Assembly: GCA_964407715.1 (NCBI GenBank)
Contig: CAYOWP010000001.1
Coordinates: forward strand, 16,622 to 80,621
Direction: 5' to 3'
DNA: 64,000 nucleotides
From: an uncultured archaeon
GTDB lineage: Archaea; EX4484-52; JAADEF01
The notes under the pieces were generated by a model. That model saw nothing but the letters and a program-made list of their open reading frames with translations. It did not search any database and had not been told where the DNA came from. Shown here in pieces: positions 29,755-40,819 of the stretch (position 1 is the first letter of the stretch; each line of letters opens with the position of its first letter). The translations under genes were made by a program, and so were the position numbers.

Positions 29755-30754
29755 TATAAGGTGCAAATTTATGGTAACATCCATAGAAAAGAGTATAAAT
29801 CACTTTGTAGATTATTTCAAAGAAGCGTTTGAGATGTATAAAAACATAGATGTGGAAGATATTAAAAACAAATTCTCTTCAAATAAAGAGATTATCATTT
29901 GTGGTATGGGAGGTTCTGGAATAGCAGGCATGATTGTTGAGCGTTTATTCGAAGATAAAAATATCATAGGAATGACAACAGATGAAATACCTAGCAAATA
30001 TAAAGACGCAAATTTTATATTGGTCAGCTATTCTGGGAATACACATGAGGTATTAAATGCGTTTGATAAATATAAAAATAATGTAGTGTGTGCTATAACA
30101 ACAGGAGGTAAATTAAAAGAAAAATGTGAAAACAATGGAATAAAAGCTTTTGAATTACCTTCGGGATTTATCCCCAGAAGTACATTACCCCATATGATCG
30201 TATTGCTCTCTTATATTCTTAATAGACTAGGCGTAATTTCTGAATCAGACATAGAGAAAATAAGGGAAGCTATTAATGAACTTGAAGTTGTGAAAGATAT
30301 GCTTTTGAATAATGCTAAAGAGATTGCAAAAAACATAAATCATGATGATATTTTAGTATTTCTTACATCCTATACCTTATATCCTGCAGCATACCGAACA
30401 AAAACTCAAATAAATGAAACTTGCAAAATGCATTCATATGCAGAGTTTTTTTCTGAGCATAATCACAATAGTATAATGGCTATAAAGCAACATGTTAAAA
30501 ATGTTTTCTATGTAATATATAAAGATCCATTTGATAATCAACTCAAAAAAAGGTTTGAGTTCTTTATTAACAAACTTAGAGGATTTAGATATAGATATGT
30601 GGATATAGAGATAGAGGCAAAAAGCAGAGAAATGGCTATGCTATCATATATACTATATGGAGATTATTTAAGCGTTGAAATAGCAAAAAGGTTTAATATA
30701 GATATGGAAACAGGAGATATTATCAAGGAGTTAAAAGAATTTTTGAATGGATAA
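29732..30754 (+). CDS. bifunctional phosphoglucose/phosphomannose isomerase (SIS domain)
   Basis: CGMGGSGIAG and VSYSGNT SIS motifs. The first 7 codons lie inside the repeat, so the true start is probably M7 (29750) or later. Confidence 0.65.
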   Translation: MEDYWTMPIRCKFMVTSIEKSINHFVDYFKEAFEMYKNIDVEDIKNKFSSNKEIIICGMGGSGIAGMIVERLFEDKNIIGMTTDEIPSKYKDANFILVSYSGNTHEVLNAFDKYKNNVVCAITTGGKLKEKCENNGIKAFELPSGFIPRSTLPHMIVLLSYILNRLGVISESDIEKIREAINELEVVKDMLLNNAKEIAKNINHDDILVFLTSYTLYPAAYRTKTQINETCKMHSYAEFFSEHNHNSIMAIKQHVKNVFYVIYKDPFDNQLKKRFEFFINKLRGFRYRYVDIEIEAKSREMAMLSYILYGDYLSVEIAKRFNIDMETGDIIKELKEFLNG

Positions 30755-30869
30755 ATATTTGATTAACCTAAAAATTGCTCTCAAAAAGGATAGTGTGCTA
30801 TGATATGCTTTTTGGGATATTTAATCTTTCAAGTTTTACTAATAGAAAGCTATTGGACGATGTTCATTT

Positions 30870-31115
30870 TTGAAAGGAAGAATAGAAGAACTGGGGCGTT
30901 ATAATAAAAATTTTGAAGGATATATCATAAAGATAGATAACATCGCCTCTTTTATTTCTCCTAAATTAAAGGATTTCTTATGGAGAAGAGGAGAGAAATA
31001 TAGAGATATTGACCCTCGAATACCATATAACTATAAAAGATATGGAAATGAGCTAAATGAAATCTATTGGAAAATTCTATCTGAAAAGAAATATTCTTCT
31101 GTTAACCAAAAATAA
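30870..31115 (+). CDS. small hypothetical protein (81 aa); its 3' end runs into a repeat
   Basis: The ORF terminates inside ctgttaaccaaaaataa of locus I. Doubtful. Confidence 0.25.
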   Translation: MKGRIEELGRYNKNFEGYIIKIDNIASFISPKLKDFLWRRGEKYRDIDPRIPYNYKRYGNELNEIYWKILSEKKYSSVNQK

Positions 31116-31358
31116 AAAATGGTTAAAGGGAAGCATAGCCTATTCATTTGGCATGTTGAAGCAACTAACCTTTCATAGAGGTTAGCATGCTGTAATGTGC
31201 CTTGTAGAAGGGATATTCTTCCGTTAACCTTTTATTTTAAATAAAAAATGGTTGGGTGAAACATAACTTCTTAAGAGAGTATGTAACAGCAGCTAACCTG
31301 CTTAGAAAGGTTAGCTGTCTTGATATTCTGAATGAAGGGAGTAGCCTTTTCGTTAACC
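31099..31358. repeat. Structured intergenic repeat array, locus I (two reverse module 1 units)
   Basis: ggttaaagggaagcatagcc...gcatgttgaagcaactaacc...ggttagcatgctgtaatgtgcc...cttccgttaacc, then a second degenerate unit. Confidence 0.85.
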
Positions 31359-31380
31359 TTTTTCATCAAATTTTTTGATG

Positions 31381-32247
31381 TTAGGATAAAAGTTCATCTA
31401 TCATGGCCTCGCATAGATCTCTTAGAAGTCTTACTGGTTCTGTGGTGTAGGAGTATTTTGTTTTTCTCAATTTTATATTCAATTTTTTTAAATCTTGGGT
31501 TATTGAAGAAAGCTCCTTAATATTTCTGTATGTATAGTATTGTACAGCTAAGGAAAACTTTTCTTCTAATATTTGAAGTATGGTACTTATAGTTTCTTTA
31601 TCTTTTTTTGAAAGTCTTTTTAACTCTCCTATATTTATGAGAGAATCTGCCATGTTTTCTATTATGGTTGCATATCTTGAGAGATATTCATTTGGATAGA
31701 GTCTCATTGAAAGATAATAGTATTTATCAACCTCTTTGTCCATTTCATCCATTTGCGAAAGTTTCTTTTTAGAGAATTTTGTGGTAATGCTATCACGTGA
31801 AATTTTCAAAAACCATTCTACCAAATAAAAGAGATGATATAAGATTTTGTGCCTGCTGAGTGAATATTCATCTGTTATAAAAAATATCTCCAATTCCTTC
31901 TGAGATGGTTTATATTCTATAAAACTTCCAAATAGACATTCTTCAACGAATTTTTTTATCTCAGGAAGTTTTTCTTTGGTTAGATTCGTAAGTACTATTT
32001 TGTCTATATTTCTTATATAAGCGCCTATTATTATCTGCTCTATTAAATGTTTTGGATATTTTTCAACATTCTTTTCTATTTTTGTTTTTTCCATATCCTT
32101 TGGTTTTATTATAAGAAAGTTATTGAAATCCTCAATTAACACATCTTCATTTTTTTGTAAACTACATTTTCTGATCCAATCTATAGGTAAACTTACGGTG
32201 TATGTGGTTTTACTTGTCTTTTGAATTTTTCTTTCATATTTTATCAT
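31381..32247 (-). CDS. SpoVT/AbrB-PhoU family regulator (phosphate uptake regulator-like)
   Basis: N-terminal swapped-hairpin YTVSLPIDWIRK, then two helical PhoU-like repeats. Confidence 0.5.
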   Translation of the reverse strand: MIKYERKIQKTSKTTYTVSLPIDWIRKCSLQKNEDVLIEDFNNFLIIKPKDMEKTKIEKNVEKYPKHLIEQIIIGAYIRNIDKIVLTNLTKEKLPEIKKFVEECLFGSFIEYKPSQKELEIFFITDEYSLSRHKILYHLFYLVEWFLKISRDSITTKFSKKKLSQMDEMDKEVDKYYYLSMRLYPNEYLSRYATIIENMADSLINIGELKRLSKKDKETISTILQILEEKFSLAVQYYTYRNIKELSSITQDLKKLNIKLRKTKYSYTTEPVRLLRDLCEAMIDELLS

Positions 32248-32314
32248 TTTATCACCTTCTTAATGTGGGTATATACATGTATATACATAAAAAACATAAC
32301 ATTTAAATAATTTA

Positions 32315-32671
32315 TTGATATGTTATTATATCCTTATGGTAGAAAAAAGAGACGTGATTAAGGAAATCTCTGAATATGAAAAGAAGGCGAGGGAGATTGT
32401 AGAAAAAGCAAAGAAGGATGCTTCTAAGGAAATAGCGAGATATGAGGAAAACTTAAAGAAAAGAAGAGAAAAAATGAAGAAGGAGTGTGATGAGAGGCTT
32501 GAAAGATATGAAAAAGAGAGATATAAAGATATAGAAAGAAAAATAAAAGAGTATAAAAAGAAGATGGATAAAGAAATAAAAACATTTAGAGCATTGCTCG
32601 ATTCAAATTCTGAAAAAATTAAGAAAAGTCTTTCCTCGATTATATTAGAAACTCTTAAAGAAATTCAATGA
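32315..32671 (+). CDS. atpH: A1AO ATP synthase subunit H
   Basis: Small E/K-rich coiled-coil protein heading the operon. Confidence 0.6.
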   Translation: MICYYILMVEKRDVIKEISEYEKKAREIVEKAKKDASKEIARYEENLKKRREKMKKECDERLERYEKERYKDIERKIKEYKKKMDKEIKTFRALLDSNSEKIKKSLSSIILETLKEIQ

Positions 32672-32690
32672 GATATTTTGGTGATCTTCA

Positions 32691-34574
32691 ATGATTATAC
32701 CTGAGAAAATGTGTAGGGTAACAATCATTGGATTAAAAGATAATATGAATAAAATTATAAATTATTTATATGCAAACTCTGTTATGCATTTAGAAAAGGT
32801 TAAAGTTGAGGGAAAAAGCATATCTCTTGCGGATGATGAATTAAGATATTTGGATTTGGATTCTAAGATAAATTCTTTATTCTCAAATTTAGAGAAGGTT
32901 ATAGAGATAAAGGAGCCTAAAACTTTTAAGAGAATAAATGATAAAGAATTGAAAAAAGGAGAGAAATTAATTGAAAGATTTGCAAATTTATTTAGGGAAC
33001 TTGATGAAATGGAAAAAGAGATGTCTTGTTTGAAAGAAGATTATGAAATCATCAATTTATTGGTTAGGATGGGCATCTCAGATTTGGGATATATGAAAGA
33101 CATAGTGAAGCATCTTATTGTTGTTGGAACAATTTCCAAGGATAAAACATCAAAATTTATAGATACATTAACATACCTCAAAAAGAAGGAAAATATAGAG
33201 GTGTATCTAAAAAGAGGAAGGAACAGGGATTATGCTTTAGTTATTACACTAAAAGATAATCCTTACATAGGAGAGATCTTTTCATTGATGGATACTCATT
33301 ATATCTTAGAGGAAGTATATAAAAGGTTTAAAACTAAACAAAGAAATGTACAAGCGTTGTTCAAGGAGATTTCAAATAAAATCTCAAGAATTGAAGAGAA
33401 ATATAAAAGAACTCTTTCTGAGATTTGTATGCTATATAATAGTAATAAAGAACTGCTTTGGAATATGAGATATGACCTCGCTAATAAAGTAAACAAGATT
33501 AGAGGTTATGATAAGTTCAAAGAAAGGGAATATGTATACATCATTAAAGGATATATTCCTTCAAACAGAACAAAAAGCATAATTAACGGAATAAAAAAAA
33601 TAGATCCAAATGTAATGATAGAGATTGAGGAAATAGATGAAGGCGATGCTCCTGTGAGCTTAAAATATCCAAAGATTCTTAAAGGCATACATTTTCTCCT
33701 TGAGGCATATGGTTTACCGGCATATGGATATATAGATCCAAGCATCATTATGCTCTTTACTTTTCCTTTGTTTTACGGATTTATATTGGGGGATATTGGA
33801 TATGGTCTTTCTTTGCTTATTGCTTCTCTACTTCTTCGCAGAGTTATTAAATCTCAAGGCATAAAACTCTTAAGTAATGTTTTAATTTTGTCATCGATTT
33901 CTTCTATTATTTTTGGAATAATTTTTGGGGAGTTCTTTGGTGCTGAAGAAATTTTTGGATATAAAATGCATCCTTTGCTACATAGAATGCATGAGATAAA
34001 TGAGTTAATCATCATAAGCATAGTTATTGGAGTTCTTCACATAAATATGGGTTTGATTCTTGGAGTTATTCAGGATATCATTCATAAAAAATATCTTCAT
34101 GCATTAACACATAGAATTAGTTGGATGCTTCTTCAGTGTGGTGTTGCATGTCTAGGTTATGGGTATTATAGCAATATTTCTTTATATGTTCTTATGGGAT
34201 ATTTTCTCTTGATTTTTGGAATTGGAATGATTTATTATGCAGAGAAATTGAAAGGTATATTTGAGTTGCCTAGTATTTTCACTAACATTCTTTCGTATGT
34301 TAGGTTGGGTGCTGTTGGGTTGAGCTCTGTTTCAATTGCTTATGTTATTAATCTTTTTGTTGAGATGTTCTTTGAAAAACATGCATTGTGGGGATATCTT
34401 ATTGGCATGCTTATCTTTTTGATAGGACATGTTTTTAATCTTATATTAGGTGTTATTGGTCCTTTTCTTCACAGTTTAAGGTTGCATTATGTTGAGTTCT
34501 TTACAAAGTTTTATAAATCAGGTGGTGAAAAGTATACTCCTTATGGGTGGATAAAATACTTGAACACAAAATGA
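32691..34574 (+). CDS. atpI: A1AO ATP synthase subunit I (a-subunit homolog)
   Basis: 627 aa with a hydrophilic N-terminal half and a polytopic C-terminal half containing a conserved Arg helix. Confidence 0.8.
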   Translation: MIIPEKMCRVTIIGLKDNMNKIINYLYANSVMHLEKVKVEGKSISLADDELRYLDLDSKINSLFSNLEKVIEIKEPKTFKRINDKELKKGEKLIERFANLFRELDEMEKEMSCLKEDYEIINLLVRMGISDLGYMKDIVKHLIVVGTISKDKTSKFIDTLTYLKKKENIEVYLKRGRNRDYALVITLKDNPYIGEIFSLMDTHYILEEVYKRFKTKQRNVQALFKEISNKISRIEEKYKRTLSEICMLYNSNKELLWNMRYDLANKVNKIRGYDKFKEREYVYIIKGYIPSNRTKSIINGIKKIDPNVMIEIEEIDEGDAPVSLKYPKILKGIHFLLEAYGLPAYGYIDPSIIMLFTFPLFYGFILGDIGYGLSLLIASLLLRRVIKSQGIKLLSNVLILSSISSIIFGIIFGEFFGAEEIFGYKMHPLLHRMHEINELIIISIVIGVLHINMGLILGVIQDIIHKKYLHALTHRISWMLLQCGVACLGYGYYSNISLYVLMGYFLLIFGIGMIYYAEKLKGIFELPSIFTNILSYVRLGAVGLSSVSIAYVINLFVEMFFEKHALWGYLIGMLIFLIGHVFNLILGVIGPFLHSLRLHYVEFFTKFYKSGGEKYTPYGWIKYLNTK

Positions 34575-34587
34575 TGTCTTTTAGGAG

Positions 34588-34818
34588 GTGTTTTGTATGG
34601 TAGAGGAGATTGGAATGAAAGCATTGGCTGCTTCATTAGCGCTGGGTATAAGTGCTTTGGGAAGTGGTATTGCAGAAGCAAAGATAGGTGCATCTGCTGT
34701 TGCCGCTATGGCAGAGGATGAGAAATTCTTTGGAAAGGGATTGTTGATGACTGTGATTCCTGAAACATTGGCAATATTTGGTTTTGCAGTAGCGTTGTTA
34801 ATATTGTTTGTGATGTAG
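34588..34818 (+). CDS. atpK: A1AO ATP synthase subunit K (proteolipid c)
   Basis: 76-aa two-helix hairpin with Glu in IPETLAIFG. Confidence 0.8.
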   Translation: MFCMVEEIGMKALAASLALGISALGSGIAEAKIGASAVAAMAEDEKFFGKGLLMTVIPETLAIFGFAVALLILFVM

Positions 34819-34854
34819 CAGTAGAGATTTATTTTTTGATTTTGTTTCATTAAT

Positions 34855-35421
34855 ATGTCATTTGTGGTGATGATAATGAATAAAGGAGAAAGGTTAAAAG
34901 AAATCATATTGCTAAAGGCTGAGAAAGAAGCATTAAAGATTGAGGAAGACATTAAGAGAGAGATAAGTGAAAGAAAGAAGAAAGATGAGAAGGAGCTTAA
35001 AAAAGAGATGAAAGATTATGAGGAATCAAAAAAGAGAGAGATTGATAAAAGGATTGAGGAGGAATATTACAGAAGAATTTATGAAATAAAAAAATCTGTT
35101 AATCTAGAGAAAAAGAGATATGTTGAGGAGAAAATTGAAGAAATTTTGGGAGAGGTATTGAATATAAAAGATAAAGACAAAAGGAAGATATATGAGGAGA
35201 TGAGAAGAATAATAGAAAGTTCATCGTTAAGAAATCCTGTAATTGTTTATCCTGAAAAAGATAAGGAAATTGTTGAGGATGTCTTTCAAGGATATCAATT
35301 GAGATCCTCAAATGAAATAAAATTTGGTGTTATGGCTGTTGAGAAGAATGAAATCATAGATTTATCATTAACAGGAATAAGGGAGATTTTAGATGAGAAG
35401 ATAAAGGCGATGTTAATATGA
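34855..35421 (+). CDS. atpE: A1AO ATP synthase subunit E
   Basis: Position and size in the operon; coiled-coil N-terminus. Confidence 0.65.
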   Translation: MSFVVMIMNKGERLKEIILLKAEKEALKIEEDIKREISERKKKDEKELKKEMKDYEESKKREIDKRIEEEYYRRIYEIKKSVNLEKKRYVEEKIEEILGEVLNIKDKDKRKIYEEMRRIIESSSLRNPVIVYPEKDKEIVEDVFQGYQLRSSNEIKFGVMAVEKNEIIDLSLTGIREILDEKIKAMLI

Positions 35422-36401
35422 TGGAGCATATTTACACAAGGATGAGGAGCAGGAGTGTTAGATTATTAAGGAAAGAGGATTGTGAGATGTTATTAGAAAA
35501 ATCTGCTCCAGAAATCATAGAATTTTTGAAACCACACAGTAGATTCTATCGCATTTTCTCGCAGGAATATGCTTTGTTCTATTCTTCTGAGGATTTAATA
35601 AGCATAATAAGTAAAGGAAGGTATCTTTCACCTTTACTTGAATTTAAAGGATATGCTGAGCTGCTTAATGATGACAAAGCTAAGGTTCTGTTGGATTCTT
35701 ATCTATATCAGTTCAAATCTAAGATTCTTATGGTATTGCTTGCAGGATTATATTCAAATAAGCCATTTGAGGAGATCAAATCACTAATTATTACAACTCC
35801 TGCAATTAATAAGGTTTTAGAAGCAAGATATGCTCCTGCTCATGTATATGACTTAACATTTATGCTTTTGGACAATAAGGAGATAAGCATAAAAGTGCAA
35901 GATTTCTTTAATAAAGGAGATTTTGATGCTCTTACCAAGCTACTTCAAATGAGCAGATTAGAGAAATTGAATATCCTGTATGATACCTTTAAAGAAGAAG
36001 ATTTCATTAGAGCATATATTTATTATGAGATATTAGATATTTGTTTGAAATTAGAGAATCTCCATCTTGAATTAGAGTCAAATCATCTTCACATCATTAG
36101 GGAGATTAACAAATTTATGAAGGATAAGGGATATGCTTATAAGATACTCAAGAGATTCTTTGGAGAAGATATAGGAGGTGATGCCAATAAGAGAGTTCTT
36201 GATAAATTAAAAAGCATGCTTTATAAAAAGGCTCGAGATGTATTTATGAGACATCCATTTACATATAGCGCTTTATTGGGATATGTGCTCTTACTTGAAA
36301 GGGAATTTAGGGTTGTAAATTTGATTGCTAAATATAAGATATATGGAGAGAAGATAGGAGAAGAAAAAATAAGAAAGACGATAAGTGAGTGCTATGATTA
36401 A
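35418..36401 (+). CDS. atpC: A1AO ATP synthase subunit C (d-subunit homolog)
   Basis: Position and size; all-helical. Confidence 0.65.
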   Translation: MMEHIYTRMRSRSVRLLRKEDCEMLLEKSAPEIIEFLKPHSRFYRIFSQEYALFYSSEDLISIISKGRYLSPLLEFKGYAELLNDDKAKVLLDSYLYQFKSKILMVLLAGLYSNKPFEEIKSLIITTPAINKVLEARYAPAHVYDLTFMLLDNKEISIKVQDFFNKGDFDALTKLLQMSRLEKLNILYDTFKEEDFIRAYIYYEILDICLKLENLHLELESNHLHIIREINKFMKDKGYAYKILKRFFGEDIGGDANKRVLDKLKSMLYKKARDVFMRHPFTYSALLGYVLLLEREFRVVNLIAKYKIYGEKIGEEKIRKTISECYD

Positions 36402-36690
36402 GATTGTTGGTTATGGAGACTTTGTGAGAGGGTTTAGATTGATTGGGGTTAAAAACATTATGCTTATCAAAATAGGTTCAGAGAGCCATGTGGAGTCATT
36501 ATTAGAGGAGGATATTCCACTAGTGATATTAGATGGAAGGGTCTTTGAGAAATTAAAACCATATATCAAGGATAAGATTATTACCTCAAAAAAACCTTTG
36601 TTTTTTGTGTTAAATCCAGAGAAAAGTGATGATGAGAGCATGAGATTAATGATTAAGAGAGCATTAGGTGTTGAGATAGAGAACATATAA
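36385..36690 (+). CDS. atpF: A1AO ATP synthase subunit F
   Basis: 101 aa, immediately precedes atpA. Confidence 0.7.
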   Translation: MSAMIKIVGYGDFVRGFRLIGVKNIMLIKIGSESHVESLLEEDIPLVILDGRVFEKLKPYIKDKIITSKKPLFFVLNPEKSDDESMRLMIKRALGVEIENI

Positions 36691-36693
36691 AAT

Positions 36694-38460
36694 ATGTGGG
36701 TGATTAATATGCCAAAAAAGGAGGGAAGGATTTATAGAGTATCTGGTCCTGTAATTATAGCAGAGAATTTGGATGCTAATATGTATGATGTTGTCTATGT
36801 AGGGGAGGAAGAGCTTATAGGAGAGGTTATCCAGATTGATGGTAATAGAGTTACTGTTCAGGTTTATGAGGACACATCAGGCTTAAAACCTGGAGAAAAG
36901 GTTATAACTTATAATCAACCTTTGACAGTAGAGTTGGGCCCAGGGATATTAAAGAGTATTTATGATGGAATTCAAAGACCACTAGATGTACTTAAGGGCT
37001 TGCAGGGAGATTTCATTAAAAGAGGAGCAAGAGTTAATGCCTTAGATAGAAAAAAGAAATGGAAGTTTAAGCCATTAGTCAAAAAGGGAGATGTAGTGAA
37101 GGCAGGAGATATTATAGGAGAGGTCAAAGAAACGGATCTCATTACTCACAAAATACTTGTGCCTCCTAACTATCGTGGAGGTAAAGTGGTTGAGATTAAA
37201 GATGGATCCTTTAGTGTTGAGGAGGTTATTGCAAAGTTGGATAGTGGTGAAGAAATAAAGATGATGCATATATGGCCAATTAGAAAACCTAGACCTTATA
37301 AAGAAAAGTTACCTCCAGTTGTGCCAATGATTACTGGCATGAGAATTTTGGATGCTCTCTTTCCTATTGCAAAAGGAGGAACTGCAGCCATACCTGGGCC
37401 ATTTGGTTCTGGTAAGACAGTCACACAACAAAGTTTGGCAAAATATTCGGATGCCCAGGTTATTGTTTATATTGGATGTGGGGAGCGTGGCAATGAGATG
37501 ACAGAAGTGCTTGAGGAATTTCCTGAATTAATAGACCCTAATAGCGGTAAGCCATTAATGAATCGTACTGTCTTAGTGGCTAACACATCAAACATGCCTG
37601 TTGCAGCAAGAGAGGCAAGTATCTATACTGGGATTACGCTTGCTGAGTACTATAGGGACATGGGATATGATGTTGCTCTTATGGCTGACTCAACTTCAAG
37701 ATGGGCAGAGGCTATGAGGGAGATAAGCTCTAGGTTGGAGGAGATTCCTGGAGAAGAGGGATATCCTGCAAAGCTTTCATCTAAATTATCAGAGTTCTAT
37801 GAAAGAGCAGGAAGAGTTGTGACTTTAAGCGGGAAAAAAGGATCTGTTACGGTTATTGGTGCTGTTTCTCCTCCTGGGGGAGACTTTTCAGAGCCTGTCA
37901 CTCAAGGTACCTTGAGAATAGTAAAAGTATTCTGGGCTTTGGATGCAAAATTAGCAAGAAGAAAGCACTTTCCAGCCATAAATTGGTTGCAAAGCTATAG
38001 CTTATATAAGGAAACCTTGTCAGAGTGGTTTGCTGAGAATGTTGCGAAGGATTGGGATAAGAAAATTAACCGAGCTATGAGCATACTTCAAGAAGAGGAG
38101 AAATTACAGGAGATTGTGCAGCTTGTTGGAAGTGATGCACTTCCTGATAAGGAGCAAGGAATTCTCTTAACTGCAAGGCTTTTAAGGGAGTTCTTTTTAC
38201 AACAAAATGCATATGATGAGAATGATGCTTATAGCAATGTACAAAAGACAAACTTAATATTAGATGTTATATTGCAGGTTGATGACCTCATTAGAGATGC
38301 CATTTCTAAAGGCATAAAAGCCAAGGATCTTACTGGAATGAGGTCGCTTAGCAGAATAGCAGAGATAAGATATTCCAAGGATTATGCGAAGATTGCAAAA
38401 GAGGTAATGGAAGAGATAAAGGGAGAGATAGAAAATATAGAGAAATTATATGCTCAATGA
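36694..38460 (+). CDS. atpA: A1AO ATP synthase catalytic subunit A
   Basis: P-loop GPFGSGKT, the non-homologous region insert typical of A/V-type A subunits, no intein. Confidence 0.9.
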   Translation: MWVINMPKKEGRIYRVSGPVIIAENLDANMYDVVYVGEEELIGEVIQIDGNRVTVQVYEDTSGLKPGEKVITYNQPLTVELGPGILKSIYDGIQRPLDVLKGLQGDFIKRGARVNALDRKKKWKFKPLVKKGDVVKAGDIIGEVKETDLITHKILVPPNYRGGKVVEIKDGSFSVEEVIAKLDSGEEIKMMHIWPIRKPRPYKEKLPPVVPMITGMRILDALFPIAKGGTAAIPGPFGSGKTVTQQSLAKYSDAQVIVYIGCGERGNEMTEVLEEFPELIDPNSGKPLMNRTVLVANTSNMPVAAREASIYTGITLAEYYRDMGYDVALMADSTSRWAEAMREISSRLEEIPGEEGYPAKLSSKLSEFYERAGRVVTLSGKKGSVTVIGAVSPPGGDFSEPVTQGTLRIVKVFWALDAKLARRKHFPAINWLQSYSLYKETLSEWFAENVAKDWDKKINRAMSILQEEEKLQEIVQLVGSDALPDKEQGILLTARLLREFFLQQNAYDENDAYSNVQKTNLILDVILQVDDLIRDAISKGIKAKDLTGMRSLSRIAEIRYSKDYAKIAKEVMEEIKGEIENIEKLYAQ

Positions 38461-38468
38461 TTAATTAG

Positions 38469-39899
38469 GTGGATAAAGAGGTGATTATTATGGGAAAAGC
38501 AGAAACCTTAAAGGAATACAAAACAATTGAGGCAATTAAAGGTCCACTATTATTTGTTAAGAAAACTCATGCTGTTGGATATGGAGAAATTGTCAAGATA
38601 AAGTTGGATAATGGTGAAGTAAAACTTGGGCAGGTATTGGATACTAGCAAGGATCTTGTGGTTGTTCAGAGTTTTGAGGAAACCACAAGTATGAGCTTAA
38701 CCACATCTGTTAGATTCCTAGGAGAGGTTTTTAGATTTAAGGTTAGTGATGAAATCATTGGCAGAATCTTTAATGGAAGAGGAGAATTAATAGATAAGGG
38801 TTTGGATATTGTAAAGGGAGAAAAATGGGATATTATAGGAAGTGCTATTAACCCTTATGCTCGTGCAAAACCTCAGGATTTTATACAGACAGGTATCTCC
38901 ACTATAGATGTGATGCATACTTTGGTAAGAGGACAGAAATTACCGATCTTCTCTGGCAGTGGTTTGCCTCACAATGATATTGCTTTGCAGATTGCAAGAC
39001 AAGCGCAAGTGCCAGGAAAGGAAGAGGATTTTGCAGTGGTTTTTGCTGCAATGGGTATTACTCATGAGGAGGCATATAAGTTCATAAATGAATTTGAGAA
39101 GACTGGTGCCATTGAAAGAGCAGTTGTGTTTTTGAATCTTGCAAGTGATCCAGCATCTGAGAGATTGCTAACTCCAAGATTGGCTTTAACATCAGCAGAG
39201 TATTTGGCATATGAAAAAGGAATGCATGTTCTTGTTATTTTGACAGACATGACCAATTATGCTGAATCTCTAAGAGAGATTGCATCTGCACGTGAAGAAA
39301 TTCCTGGAAGGAGAGGATATCCAGGTTACATGTATACTGATTTTGCAACGATTTATGAAAGAGCAGGGATGATAAAAGGCAAGAAGGGTTCTATTACTCA
39401 GATGCCTATCTTAACTATGCCTGGAGATGACATTACACATCCAATTCCTGATCTTACTGGATACATAACTGAAGGACAAATTGTGCTTGGTAGAGAGCTA
39501 CACCGCAAAGGCATATATCCACCTGTGGATGTATTGCTTGGTTTGAGTAGATTGATGAATAATGGAATTGGTAAAGGCAAAACAAGAGAGGATCATAAGG
39601 AAGTTTATGAGCAGCTTTATTCTGCATATGCTGAAGGTAAGGATTTAAGGGGATTGGTTGCCATTGTTGGTAGGGATGCTCTTAGTGAGAGAGATATAAG
39701 GTTCTTAGATTTCGCTGATGCATTTGAGGATAAATTTGTAAGACAAGGAATGTATGAGAACAGAAGCATAGAGGAGAGTTTAGATTTAGCATGGGATTTG
39801 TTTAGTATGATTCCAGAGCATGAGTTGGTTAAGTTGAAGCCAGAGACAAAGAAGAAGTATTATAAGGGCTTCAAGGGTGATTTTAGAGGGACAGCATGA
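38469..39899 (+). CDS. atpB: A1AO ATP synthase subunit B
   Basis: A/V-type B subunit length and blocks ([13 protein letters not shown]). Confidence 0.9.
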   Translation: MDKEVIIMGKAETLKEYKTIEAIKGPLLFVKKTHAVGYGEIVKIKLDNGEVKLGQVLDTSKDLVVVQSFEETTSMSLTTSVRFLGEVFRFKVSDEIIGRIFNGRGELIDKGLDIVKGEKWDIIGSAINPYARAKPQDFIQTGISTIDVMHTLVRGQKLPIFSGSGLPHNDIALQIARQAQVPGKEEDFAVVFAAMGITHEEAYKFINEFEKTGAIERAVVFLNLASDPASERLLTPRLALTSAEYLAYEKGMHVLVILTDMTNYAESLREIASAREEIPGRRGYPGYMYTDFATIYERAGMIKGKKGSITQMPILTMPGDDITHPIPDLTGYITEGQIVLGRELHRKGIYPPVDVLLGLSRLMNNGIGKGKTREDHKEVYEQLYSAYAEGKDLRGLVAIVGRDALSERDIRFLDFADAFEDKFVRQGMYENRSIEESLDLAWDLFSMIPEHELVKLKPETKKKYYKGFKGDFRGTA

Positions 39900-40513
39900 A
39901 AGATATAAAGCCTACACGAATGGAGCTTTTGGAGTTAAAGAAAAAGCTAAATTTAGCTATAAATGGCCATAGGCTCTTAAAGAAGAAGAGAGACGGCTTG
40001 ATTATGGAATTGAGAAGTATGCTTAAAGATGTTAGGCATATCAAGGCTCAGCTTGTTGAGAAGTTACGCATGGCTAATGAGCTAATACTTAACATAGAGA
40101 TGAATGAAAGTCCTGAGGAGATTGAGTTAGTGAGTGGTATAATGATGAAAAGTGCGCATGCAGAGGTGCTAATTAGGAATGTCATGGGTGTGCCATTGCC
40201 AAAGATAAAGGGAGAAATTTCTGGTAGGGAATTTGAGAAAAGTAAATATGCCTTGACATTTTTTTCTTTGGATGTTATTAGGGCTGTGAGATTATATGAG
40301 GAGATATTCCTTGAGATTCTCAAAACGGCAGAGATAGATATGAGCATAAGAAATCTCCTTGAGGAGATTGAAAAAACAAAGAGGAGAGTTAATGCCTTGG
40401 AGAATAAAGTAATTCCTGAAATACAAGAAAGTATTGCGTGGATTAAGATGATGCTTGATGAAATGGAAAGGGAGAATCTCATCAGATTAAAAAGGATTAA
40501 AGGAAAAAGGTGA
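39896..40513 (+). CDS. atpD: A1AO ATP synthase subunit D
   Basis: 205-aa coiled-coil central-stalk protein ending the operon. Confidence 0.75.
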   Translation: MKDIKPTRMELLELKKKLNLAINGHRLLKKKRDGLIMELRSMLKDVRHIKAQLVEKLRMANELILNIEMNESPEEIELVSGIMMKSAHAEVLIRNVMGVPLPKIKGEISGREFEKSKYALTFFSLDVIRAVRLYEEIFLEILKTAEIDMSIRNLLEEIEKTKRRVNALENKVIPEIQESIAWIKMMLDEMERENLIRLKRIKGKR

Positions 40514-40547
40514 TGTTTCACATCAACAAATTTCTCAAGAGAAATTT

Positions 40548-40809
40548 GGTTAACGAGAAAGCATCTTTTCCAAGAGGTTTAGAGCATGCTAACCATTGAA
40601 AAAGGTTATGTGCTGCAAGTCGGTTTTTGATATTGGGCATCTTCCCATTAACCAAATTTTCTAATAAAAAACAATTGTTAACAGGAAAATATCGATATTC
40701 TCCAGTGAATGCGGCATGCTAACCTTTTGATAAGGCTAGGTGCTGTAAATGTGCCATTTGAATGGCTATACTTTCCCTTAACCAATTTTAAATAAAAATT
40801 GTTAACGAG
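40548..40809. repeat. Structured intergenic repeat array, locus J (two degenerate forward units)
   Basis: ggttaacgagaaagc...gagcatgctaacc...ggttatgtgctgc...cttcccattaacc, spacer, ttgttaacaggaaaat...gcatgctaacc...ctttcccttaacc. Confidence 0.8.
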
Positions 40810-40819
40810 AAATATCATT

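Noticed and set aside
30780-30865. Additional repeat copy (contains aagctattggacgatg)
   Set aside because: It has only a 13-nt similarity to the TIR end and is too degenerate to call.
36694-38460. Intein in atpA
   Set aside because: The length (588 aa) and the continuous conserved blocks are typical of an intein-free A subunit.
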